NCBI GenBank assembly: GCA_958421945.1
Contig: CATZMZ010000008.1
Location: 10,278-74,277 of the forward strand
Reading direction: 5' to 3'
Origin: an uncultured Eubacteriales bacterium
GTDB lineage: Bacteria; Bacillota; Clostridia; Christensenellales; Borkfalkiaceae
DNA: 64,000 nucleotides
Shown: in pieces, positions 52,743 through 60,728 of the stretch
Position numbering within the stretch: position 1 is the stretch's first letter
Layout of the letters: the number at the start of each line of letters is the position of its first letter
Position numbers and translations under genes: made by a program
The notes under the pieces: model-generated
What the model was told of the DNA's origin: nothing
What the model saw: the letters and a program-made list of their open reading frames with translations, nothing else
Databases searched by the model: none

Positions 52743-54041
52743 TTAAAATTTCCTTAAATCTTTTATTCTTTTTGCTTTCCCTTCGAAGCGTTGAAGGGTG
52801 TTGGGCGATTCAAGCAGAACCTTCGCGTCAAGCCCTAAAATCACGTGGAGTTTTGCACGGATAGCCTTGTTAAGTGAATCAAGTTCCGCATAGGAATCGG
52901 TAGACTTTAAGAGTTCTACCCTAATCGTCAGCTTATCGGAATAACCTTCTCTTTCGATGATTATTTCGTAGTGCGGACCAAGCTCTTTAAACGCAAGAAT
53001 AACCTCCTCGATTTGCCCGGGGAAAACGTTTACGCCGCGAACTTTAAGCATATCGTCGCTTCTGCCCGAAAGATTTTCCATTCTCGCTAAGGTTCTGCCG
53101 CATTTACACGGCTCATAGGTTAAGCGCGTAATATCCTTCGTTCTGTAACGGATAAGCGGAATTCCCTCTTTTTTTATGCAAGTAATAACTAGTTCGCCCT
53201 TTTCGCCCTCGGGTAAAACCTCGCCCGTTTCGGGATTGATAATTTCGGGGATAAAATAGTCCTCGTTGATGTGCATGCCGCAAAGCTGTTCGCACTCGCC
53301 CGAAACGCCCGGACCTAAAAGTTCGCTCATGCCGTAGTTGGAAGTAATAAGCATATCGTCACCCCAGTACTTGTGAGCTTCCGCACGCATTGCATCGGTA
53401 AGCAGTTCGCTGCCGAACAAACCGATTTTAACTTTTAAATCCTTTGCGGGGTCGATACCCGATTCTCTCGCGACCTCGGCAAGCCTTAAAGCGTAAGAAG
53501 GCGTGGCAACCAAAAGCGTCGTACCGAAATCCTGCATATACATTATTTGCTTTTCGGAATTACCCGTAGATGAAGGAATAATCGTTGCGCCGATATTTTC
53601 AAGCCCATAATGAAGCCCCAAAGCACCCGTAAACATTCCGTAACCGAAGCAAATCTGCGCGATATCCTTGTCGGTCGCGCCACCCATACAAGCTATACGA
53701 GAAACGCATTCAGTCCACATTTTCATATCGTTGCGAGTGTAACCTACGACGGTAGGTTTGCCCGTCGTGCCGCTCGACGCGTGTATGCGGACGAGTTCGG
53801 TTTTCGGTACGGCAAACATTCCGAACGGGTAAGTATCCCTCATATCCTTTTTAGTAACGAAAGGCAATCTGCTTAAATCTTTTAAAGATTTTATGTCCTC
53901 AGGCTTAACGCCGGCTTCGTCCATTTTTGTGCGGTAAGGCGCAACCTTATCGTAAACTCTGTGTACGGTCTCTTTAAGCCGGGTAAGCTGTATTTCCTCT
54001 ATCTCCTTTCTCGAAAGGGTTTCTTCTCTTGACCAAATCAT
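52743..54041 (-). CDS. Phenylacetate--CoA ligase family (PaaK-like aryl-acid CoA ligase), copy 1
   Basis: 432 aa with ...HASSGTTGKPTVVGYT... and ...YGMSELLGPGVS.... Confidence 0.88.
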   Translation of the reverse strand: MIWSREETLSRKEIEEIQLTRLKETVHRVYDKVAPYRTKMDEAGVKPEDIKSLKDLSRLPFVTKKDMRDTYPFGMFAVPKTELVRIHASSGTTGKPTVVGYTRNDMKMWTECVSRIACMGGATDKDIAQICFGYGMFTGALGLHYGLENIGATIIPSSTGNSEKQIMYMQDFGTTLLVATPSYALRLAEVARESGIDPAKDLKVKIGLFGSELLTDAMRAEAHKYWGDDMLITSNYGMSELLGPGVSGECEQLCGMHINEDYFIPEIINPETGEVLPEGEKGELVITCIKKEGIPLIRYRTKDITRLTYEPCKCGRTLARMENLSGRSDDMLKVRGVNVFPGQIEEVILAFKELGPHYEIIIEREGYSDKLTIRVELLKSTDSYAELDSLNKAIRAKLHVILGLDAKVLLESPNTLQRFEGKAKRIKDLRKF

Positions 54042-54068
54042 AAGACTTCTCCTATTTATATTGTACCA

Positions 54069-55610
54069 CTATTTTATTTCGTTTTCAATCGTTTTATCGA
54101 AAGCTTCCGATATTATTTTCTCATCGGGTGCTTTGGTAAACAAGCTGACCGTAAAAGTTACGATTACGGAGAATACTATACAAATTATGCCGACCGTAGG
54201 CGAGCAGCCTATTCCGCTTTTTAACGCCGTGCCGAACGAGCATGAAAAACCATTAATATCGTAGCCGAAAATCATCGTAAGCGCAACAGTCAGCACGAGC
54301 GATCCGATAATCGAACACCATACGGCGGGCTTTGTGATTTTTTTAGAAATAAGTCCCAAAACGAACGGACCGGTAAAGCAACCGGAAAGCGTCCCCCACG
54401 ATAATCCCATAAGGTATGCTATTGCGGAAATATGAAATTTTTCGTTAAGCATCGCGAGCGTAAGCGATATTGCGATAAATACGAGGCATAAAATACGCAT
54501 AAGAGAGTTTACATTTTTATCGGGCGCGTCTTTTTTTATCGAACCCTTATACAGGTCGACCGCAACGACAGACGCGCTTGTAAGTGATACCGACGAAAGC
54601 GTGGACATACTTGCGGAAAGTATCAAAACGGCGATAATACCCATAAGCCCCGCAGGAATAACTATTTTAAGCATTTGAGGCACGATATTGTCCGCAGCAA
54701 CGCCACTGACCTCGGGGAAAAGCCCGGATAAGCTTCCCACGAAATACGCGCCGAAACCGATAATCAACGCAAACAAAGTACTGACGACCGTCCCTTGCGT
54801 AATAGCCTTTTTATCGCGAACGGCGTAGTATTTATGTACCGTTTGCGGAAGTCCGTAAACGCCGACGGACGTGAGCAAAATCAAAGAAATAAGCGAAACC
54901 GTGCTGCCATAAAAACCTTTATCCGATGAATTAAACGTAAACCAGGTTTTATTCGGGTCGTTGATAAGCTCGGAAAGATTCCAGCTTACCTGCTCGCTGT
55001 TCAAAAAACAAAAAACCATTAGGAACACACCGACGAGCATTATTATGCCCTGAATAAAATCTGACAACGCAGTCGCGAAATATCCGCCGAAAAACAAATA
55101 CAACGCGGTGATTATCGCAAGCGCAATCATGATAATCCAACTCTTAATCCCAAAAACGATTTCAAAAAGGCTCGATAATCCGTTATAAACGGAAGCCGAA
55201 TACGGAATCAGAAACACGAAAATTATGACGGCGGAAACGATTTTAAGAGTTTTATCGCCGTATCTTTTTTCAAAAAATTCCGGCATCGTCTTCGCTTGCA
55301 GCCGTTGAGTCATGTTTTTAGTTCGCTTTGCCATCAACAACCAGGCGAAAAGCGAACCTAAAATCGCGTTCCCGATGCCTATCCATACGGAAGCAAGACC
55401 GTACTGCGCTCCGAATTTACCAGCGTATCCTATAAAGATTACCGCGGAAAAATATGTCGTGCCATAAGCAAAAGCAGTCATCCAACCGTTAAGCCCCTTT
55501 TTGCCCGCAAGCAAAAAATCGTTTACGGATTTAGAGCGGTTACGCGTGTAAACCGCAATTAAAACCATGCTTACAGCGTAAAGAATAAGTATCAGGTAAT
55601 CCCAAAACAT
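54069..55610 (-). CDS. Sodium:solute symporter family (SSF) transporter
   Basis: 513 aa with about 13 TM helices and the SSF N-terminal signature (...SVNDFLLAGKKGLNGWMTAFAYGTTYFSAV...). AGGAGG lies 8 nt upstream. It is the first gene of the 8-gene operon. Confidence 0.85.
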   Translation of the reverse strand: MFWDYLILILYAVSMVLIAVYTRNRSKSVNDFLLAGKKGLNGWMTAFAYGTTYFSAVIFIGYAGKFGAQYGLASVWIGIGNAILGSLFAWLLMAKRTKNMTQRLQAKTMPEFFEKRYGDKTLKIVSAVIIFVFLIPYSASVYNGLSSLFEIVFGIKSWIIMIALAIITALYLFFGGYFATALSDFIQGIIMLVGVFLMVFCFLNSEQVSWNLSELINDPNKTWFTFNSSDKGFYGSTVSLISLILLTSVGVYGLPQTVHKYYAVRDKKAITQGTVVSTLFALIIGFGAYFVGSLSGLFPEVSGVAADNIVPQMLKIVIPAGLMGIIAVLILSASMSTLSSVSLTSASVVAVDLYKGSIKKDAPDKNVNSLMRILCLVFIAISLTLAMLNEKFHISAIAYLMGLSWGTLSGCFTGPFVLGLISKKITKPAVWCSIIGSLVLTVALTMIFGYDINGFSCSFGTALKSGIGCSPTVGIICIVFSVIVTFTVSLFTKAPDEKIISEAFDKTIENEIK

Positions 55611-55624
55611 AAGTTAAGCCTCCT

Positions 55625-55655
55625 AAAAACAAAAAACCGCCCTTCACAGGCGGTC
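55625..55655 (-). terminator. Intrinsic terminator (attenuator) immediately upstream of the symporter SD
   Basis: Minus strand GACCGCC-tgtgaag-GGCGGTT followed by TTTTGTTTTT. It ends 5-10 nt before AGGAGG of the symporter gene. Confidence 0.75.
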
Positions 55656-55702
55656 AAAACTCTCGTATATAATACAAAAAAAACTAATTAAAACCGCACA
55701 TA

Positions 55703-55777
55703 CTAAAATTGAAACGATTCAAAATAATAGTTTCCAAAATAATAATATGCGTAATAGTAAGAAGTGTTTTTTTTCAT
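55703..55777 (-). CDS. Leader peptide MKKNTSYYYAYYYFGNYYFESFQF (24 aa; 8 Tyr, 4 Phe)
   Basis: ATG at 55777 is preceded by AAGGA (6-nt spacing), and the stop TAG is at 55703-55705. The ORF sits between a consensus promoter and the attenuator terminator. It is too short to appear in the ORF track. Confidence 0.6.
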   Translation of the reverse strand: MKKNTSYYYAYYYFGNYYFESFQF

Positions 55778-55800
55778 AACTTTTCCTTATTTACCGAATT

Positions 55801-55829
55801 ATTATACCATTAAAAGCGTATAGTGTCAA
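55801..55829 (-). promoter_or_regulatory. Consensus extended -10 sigma-A promoter of the leader and IOR operon
   Basis: Minus strand TTGACA (55824-55829), 17 nt, then TGgTATAAT (hexamer at 55801-55806). Confidence 0.7.
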
Positions 55830-55880
55830 ATATTATCGTATAAAAAAACAAAAAACAACATTATTTTCGATAGATAATTA

Positions 55881-55916
55881 CAAACGAAAAGGCGAAACGT
55901 TTTTCGCTTCGCCTTG
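55881..55916 (-). terminator. Intrinsic terminator of the eda-kdgK unit
   Basis: Minus strand AAGGCGAAGCG-aaaaa-CGTTTCGCCTT followed by TTCGTTTG. Confidence 0.6.
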
Positions 55917-56072
55917 GTTTTTAATAGCACCGTTTATATCCGGACTTATTTATCAATATTTTTTCGCTTTTTTATTTCGCTTAAGTATAACGTTTAGTTA
56001 TTTCTAATATATTTAAGCTAAACGTTTCGACAACGAATGCCTCGACGTAAAAAGGTTTTTAACTTCCGTGGT

Positions 56073-57092
56073 TTACCTTTGAACTCTTCCGCTCGCATCG
56101 CCGCCCGCGAGAGTTTCAACCTCTTTAACGCTCATCATATTATAATCGCCCTCTACGGAATGTTTTAAGCAACTAGCGGCAATGGCGAACTCAATCGCCT
56201 TTTGCGGTTCGTAACCGTTAGCAAGCGAATAAATAAGACCGCCGCCAAAAGAATCTCCCCCGCCGACCCTGTCGACGATATGCATGGCGTATTTTTTGGA
56301 GAAATACGCAGTGTTACCCGTGTAAAGCATTCCCGACCAGTTATTATCGTTGGCGGAAAGACTTTCGCGCAGAGTAATGGCAACGCCCTTAAATCCGAAT
56401 CTCTCCGTAAGTTTTTTAGCAACCGAAATATATCCGTTCTTGTCAAGCTTGCCGCTCGTAATATCGGTATTATCCGCCTCGATGCCGAAAACGTCCTTCG
56501 CATCCTCTTCGTTAGCGATGCAATAATCGACGTAAGACATAAGCTCGCCCATAACCTTACCCGCTTTTTCTTTGCTCCAAAGCTTCTTTCTGAAATTAAG
56601 GTCGCAGGAAACGGTTATCGCACGTTCTTTGCAGGCTTTAAGCGCGTCGAGAGTAATAGCAGCAACCTCGTCCGAAAGTGCCGGCGTGATACCTGTAAAG
56701 TGAAACCAGTTAACGCCGTCTAAAATACCCGACCATTCAAAATCGGTTTTTTCGGCGCACGCAATCGAACTGCCCGCCCTGTCGTAAATAACCTTGCTGG
56801 GGCGTTGGCTTGCACCTTTTTCGCAGTAATAAATACCGACCCTTGCTCCGCCTCTGACGATTTTGCTCGTATCGACGCCGAATTTTCTTAACGAATTAAC
56901 AGCCGCCTGACCTATTTCGTGTTCGGGAAGTTTGCTGACGAATGCCGCGTCCATTCCGTAATTTGCAAGCGAAACGGCAACGTTCGCTTCCGCGCCGCCG
57001 AAGGTTGCTTCGAGCTTATCGCTCTGCACGAATCTTAAATATCCTTCGGGAGCAAGTCTTAACATCAATTCGCCAAAAGTAACAATTTTCAT
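56073..57092 (-). CDS. kdgK: 2-dehydro-3-deoxygluconokinase (PfkB family)
   Basis: 339 aa with the PfkB motifs FGGAEANVAV and VDRVGGGDSFGGGLIY. It is adjacent to eda. Confidence 0.85.
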   Translation of the reverse strand: MKIVTFGELMLRLAPEGYLRFVQSDKLEATFGGAEANVAVSLANYGMDAAFVSKLPEHEIGQAAVNSLRKFGVDTSKIVRGGARVGIYYCEKGASQRPSKVIYDRAGSSIACAEKTDFEWSGILDGVNWFHFTGITPALSDEVAAITLDALKACKERAITVSCDLNFRKKLWSKEKAGKVMGELMSYVDYCIANEEDAKDVFGIEADNTDITSGKLDKNGYISVAKKLTERFGFKGVAITLRESLSANDNNWSGMLYTGNTAYFSKKYAMHIVDRVGGGDSFGGGLIYSLANGYEPQKAIEFAIAASCLKHSVEGDYNMMSVKEVETLAGGDASGRVQR

Positions 57093-57110
57093 AATTTTCT
57101 CCTTAACACG

Positions 57111-57695
57111 TTAAGCCTGTAAAGAAGCTATAACTTCGTTTATTTTTTTGCAATTTTCCGTAATATCGCCTTTCATCATAAAACTTCCGCCGACCGCGTA
57201 AATCTTATCGAACGACAAGAATTCCGCTAGATTAGTCAAATCTACCCCGCCGGTGGGTATAAACTTTAACTGCGGGAACGGTCCTGACAACGCTTTAAGT
57301 GCTTTAAGTCCGCCGTAAACGTTTGCGGGGAAAAACTTAACTACGTCGATGCCGAGCTCTAAAGCCTGCATAATCTCCGTCGGGGTTACACACCCGGGGT
57401 AATACGGAACACCGATTTCCTGTGCAAATTTCGCAACGTCTGAGGAAAGCCCCGGTGAAACGAGAAATTTCGCGCCGGCTGCAACAGCTTTTTGCGCCTG
57501 AGCCAAATTGATAACCGTACCCGCACCGATATTCATCTCGGGAAACTCCTTAACGCCGAGAGCAATAGCTTCTGCGGCGCACGCCGTGCGGAACGTTATT
57601 TCCGCGCAATTAATGCCGCCGTTTTTTAACGCTTCGAGCGTCGGGATTGTGTCTTTAACGTCTTTGATAACAACTACGGGTATAATTCTATCCAT
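57111..57695 (-). CDS. eda: 2-dehydro-3-deoxyphosphogluconate / 4-hydroxy-2-oxoglutarate aldolase
   Basis: 194 aa with ...IPVVVIKD...GGINCAEITFRT...GAGTV...FLVSPG...KFFPA..., typical of KDPG aldolase. Confidence 0.85.
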   Translation of the reverse strand: MDRIIPVVVIKDVKDTIPTLEALKNGGINCAEITFRTACAAEAIALGVKEFPEMNIGAGTVINLAQAQKAVAAGAKFLVSPGLSSDVAKFAQEIGVPYYPGCVTPTEIMQALELGIDVVKFFPANVYGGLKALKALSGPFPQLKFIPTGGVDLTNLAEFLSFDKIYAVGGSFMMKGDITENCKKINEVIASLQA

Positions 57696-57804
57696 ATTTT
57701 CAACAATTCCTTTTAAGAAATATAATCACAATACTAATTGTATAACAAATTAAATATAAAGTAAACCTTTTTTAGCTAAAAAAGAATATAAAAATAAATT
57801 TAAA

Positions 57805-59238
57805 TTAAATCGTGATATTTCCTTTCTTTCCAAGCAGCGTTTTGTGCTTTTCGAGAACGGGGTTTACCTCTGTGTTTATGTATTCTGTAACTTGCGACGC
57901 CGCCCTGCCAGTGTATTTATACGGGTCGAGAACGTCGTTCAGGTTGTCTTTTACCGCTGAAAAAAGCGAATCTTCTTCGATAAGCGAGATAAGATTATTT
58001 TCTCTTCCGAAACGTTTTACGTTTTCGGCTGCCACCATAGAATTCGTTCTTATCCCTTCGTGCAGAACCTGCCTGTCTCCACCTGCCTTAACGCATTCCA
58101 TAATAACGTTTTCGGTAGCCATAAACGGCAATTCCTCTTTAACGTGCTTTGCGATAACCTTATCGTACACGACAAGATTTTCGGTAATATTCATATACAA
58201 CCTTAAAACACCGTCGAGCGCGAGGAAGCTTTGCGCGATAACAATTCGCTTATTCGCGGAATCGTCAAGCGTTCTTTCAAACCATTGCGTTGACGCCGTA
58301 AACGCGGAATTAAGCGGCAAAGTCATAACGTATCTTGCAAGCGAGCAAAGCCTTTCGCTACGCATAGGATTACGTTTATAAGCCATCGCGGAAGAACCTA
58401 TCTGCGTTTTTTCGAACGGCTCTTCGATTTCTTTCATGCTTTGCAACAGTCTTACGTCGTTTGCAAACCTATATGCGCTTTGCGCTATTTGCGACAAAAC
58501 GGATAAAACGTTATAATCGAACTTTCTCGGATAAGTCTGACCCGTTACGCCGTAAACCTTGTCGTATCCCATTTTGTTTACGACGAGTTTTTCAAGTCTT
58601 TTAACTTTGTTTTCATCGTTATCGAAAAGCTCCATAAAGCTTGCCTGCGTTCCCGTAGTGCCTTTTACGCCGCGAAGCTTAACCTTGGCTTTAAGTTCCG
58701 TCAGCGATTGATAATCCATCATTAAATCTTCGAGCCAAAGCGTAGCTCTTTTCCCTACCGTAGTAAGTTGCGCAGGCTGTAAATGCGTAAAACCGAGCGT
58801 GGGAAGATCTTTATATTTCAACGCGAAATCTTTAAGATTATTTATAACGTTTACGAGCTTTTCCATAATAATGTCAAGGGCGTCGTCAATCATAATAACC
58901 TCTGCGTTATCCGTTACGAAACAGCTCGTTGCGCCGAGATGAATAATCCCCGCCGCAAGTTTGGCCTGTGTACCGTAAGCTTTAACGTGCGCCATTACGT
59001 CGTGCCTGACCTCTTTTTCAAAAGCCTCCGCAACCGAATAATTTATATCGTCCGCATGTTTTTTCAAATCGTCGATTTGCTCGTCGGTTATGTTTAACCC
59101 GAGTTCTTTTTCGCTTTCCGCCAAAGCTATCCAAAGTTTACGCCATAAACGATACCTTTTATCGTCGGAAAAACTCTCCGCCATTTCTCTTGAAGCGTAT
59201 CTCGTAATTAACGGATTATTATATACGTCTGTTGCCAT
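57805..59238 (-). CDS. purB: Adenylosuccinate lyase
   Basis: The start is placed at ATG 59238 (MATDVYNNPLITRYASREM...) with GAGGG upstream; the track start at 59283 adds 15 aa. The fumarate-lyase signature GSSAMAYKRNP is present. Confidence 0.9.
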   Translation of the reverse strand: MATDVYNNPLITRYASREMAESFSDDKRYRLWRKLWIALAESEKELGLNITDEQIDDLKKHADDINYSVAEAFEKEVRHDVMAHVKAYGTQAKLAAGIIHLGATSCFVTDNAEVIMIDDALDIIMEKLVNVINNLKDFALKYKDLPTLGFTHLQPAQLTTVGKRATLWLEDLMMDYQSLTELKAKVKLRGVKGTTGTQASFMELFDNDENKVKRLEKLVVNKMGYDKVYGVTGQTYPRKFDYNVLSVLSQIAQSAYRFANDVRLLQSMKEIEEPFEKTQIGSSAMAYKRNPMRSERLCSLARYVMTLPLNSAFTASTQWFERTLDDSANKRIVIAQSFLALDGVLRLYMNITENLVVYDKVIAKHVKEELPFMATENVIMECVKAGGDRQVLHEGIRTNSMVAAENVKRFGRENNLISLIEEDSLFSAVKDNLNDVLDPYKYTGRAASQVTEYINTEVNPVLEKHKTLLGKKGNITI

Positions 59239-59295
59239 ATTTTTGCCCTCGCTTTTTATTATGCGTAACATAATCGTACGCAAAATCGTTAGTGT

Positions 59296-60537
59296 TTATA
59301 ATACTTTTGTTCCAACGGGTCTGACGTGAAGCCTGATAATCGAATTATCGTCATAAAAGCGTTTTGCGTTTTTTATAAAACTCTCTGCTTTATCGTTTTT
59401 CATGATATTCAATATACAACCCGCAAAACCGCCGCCATGAACGCGATTTGCTCCGTCCCCTAAAAACTCGCCGGTGATTGCAAGAGCTTTCGGGATAGGC
59501 TGCTCTTTTAATCCCGCAACGTAGCAATTCTGAAGTTTATAAAGTGAGCTTAATCCGCTTTTAGAAACGGCGTCTAAAAATACCGGATAATCGCATCGGT
59601 TAAGCGCGTTTTCAGCCATGTCTACACGTTCGTTTTCGTCGTAAAAATGAATTGCACGAAGAATCGCTCTGTCGGAAACCTTTTCATAAATTTCGGGAAG
59701 CCAATTAAAAAACTCTTCTTTGCTTAACTCGATAAGTCGTTCTACGCCGAGCGTGTTGGCGACCTCGCGCATTTCGGCAGGAACGGCAGCGTATTCGTCC
59801 GTTAAATCCGCGTGACTTCCGCCCGTGTTAATAAGTATCAAGGTATAATCGGACAAGGCATTGTTTATTTCCGTAACGCCGATTTTCGATTTGTCGGAAA
59901 AGTCAAGCTTTTTAAGTCCTCCGTAAGCTATCGCGGACTGGTCGAGCAAACCGCAAGGTTTACCGAAATAAACGTTTTCTGCGTACTGCGACGCGACCGC
60001 TTTTTGTTCTGCGGAAAGCTGCCCGTCGTTATAAAGAAAATTCAGTATTTCGGCAATTAAAACCTCGAAAGAAGCCGAACTCGATATACCCGCGCCGCCG
60101 CAAACGTTACTCGTGCAGAACGCGTTAAAGCCGCCGACATTAAAACCATGCGACTTAAAATACGCCACGATTCCGCAAACGAGCGCGTGAGAATTGCCGC
60201 ACTTATAGCTCGGCGTCGTGTTGGTATCGACGATAATATCCTTATAGCCCTCGCTGACTACGCGAATAATCCCGTTATCAGTCGGTGTGAAAAACGCAAG
60301 AGTATCAAGACTTATCGCGCAAGAAATAACCTTTCCGCCGTTATGGTCGGTATGATTGCCTATTATCTCAACTCTGCCGCTCGACGAAGCGATATACGCG
60401 GTTTTTTCATTAAAAGTCGCTTTATATTTATCAAAAGCCCGTTCGTATCTTGCGCTCTGCGCCGAATTATTCTCGCCGTACAGCTCGTTAAAATGCGATT
60501 CGGCGTCCTTAACGTTATCAAATGGTTTTTTTAGCAT
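59296..60537 (-). CDS. Galactokinase-family GHMP kinase
   Basis: 413 aa with the galactokinase signature GRVEIIGNHTDHNGG and the GHMP motif GGAGISSSASFEV. Confidence 0.75.
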   Translation of the reverse strand: MLKKPFDNVKDAESHFNELYGENNSAQSARYERAFDKYKATFNEKTAYIASSSGRVEIIGNHTDHNGGKVISCAISLDTLAFFTPTDNGIIRVVSEGYKDIIVDTNTTPSYKCGNSHALVCGIVAYFKSHGFNVGGFNAFCTSNVCGGAGISSSASFEVLIAEILNFLYNDGQLSAEQKAVASQYAENVYFGKPCGLLDQSAIAYGGLKKLDFSDKSKIGVTEINNALSDYTLILINTGGSHADLTDEYAAVPAEMREVANTLGVERLIELSKEEFFNWLPEIYEKVSDRAILRAIHFYDENERVDMAENALNRCDYPVFLDAVSKSGLSSLYKLQNCYVAGLKEQPIPKALAITGEFLGDGANRVHGGGFAGCILNIMKNDKAESFIKNAKRFYDDNSIIRLHVRPVGTKVL

Positions 60538-60561
60538 AATCTCCTCCGAATAACCTTAAAC

Positions 60562-60590
60562 AGTATACCATTTTTTTATCTGTTTGTAAA
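60562..60590 (-). promoter_or_regulatory. Putative promoter of the galactokinase-like gene
   Basis: Minus strand TTTACA (60585-60590), 17 nt, then TGgTATACT (hexamer at 60562-60567). Confidence 0.5.
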
Positions 60591-60649
60591 CGCAAAATCC
60601 GCTTTTTTGTAATAAAATTTTACTTACCGCCTAAACGGCTATTCAACGC

Positions 60650-60678
60650 TTGACTTAATTTCGTCTTTATAATATAAT
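60650..60678 (+). promoter_or_regulatory. Putative promoter of leuS (no T-box leader)
   Basis: TTGACT (60650-60655), 17 nt, then TATAAT (60673-60678). The leader to the ATG is only about 45 nt. Confidence 0.55.
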
Positions 60679-60728
60679 TATTAAAGTATTTTATAAGAGT
60701 ATTTTTAATACGGAGGCTAAAACGCTTT

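Noticed and set aside
60554-60728. Looked for a T-box or other leader upstream of leuS, and for a cre/GalR operator near the galactokinase promoter
   Set aside because: There is no T-box core (AGGTGGTACCGCG-like) and no terminator, and the leuS leader is only about 45 nt. TGTAAACGCAAAAT matches only the left half of the cre consensus.
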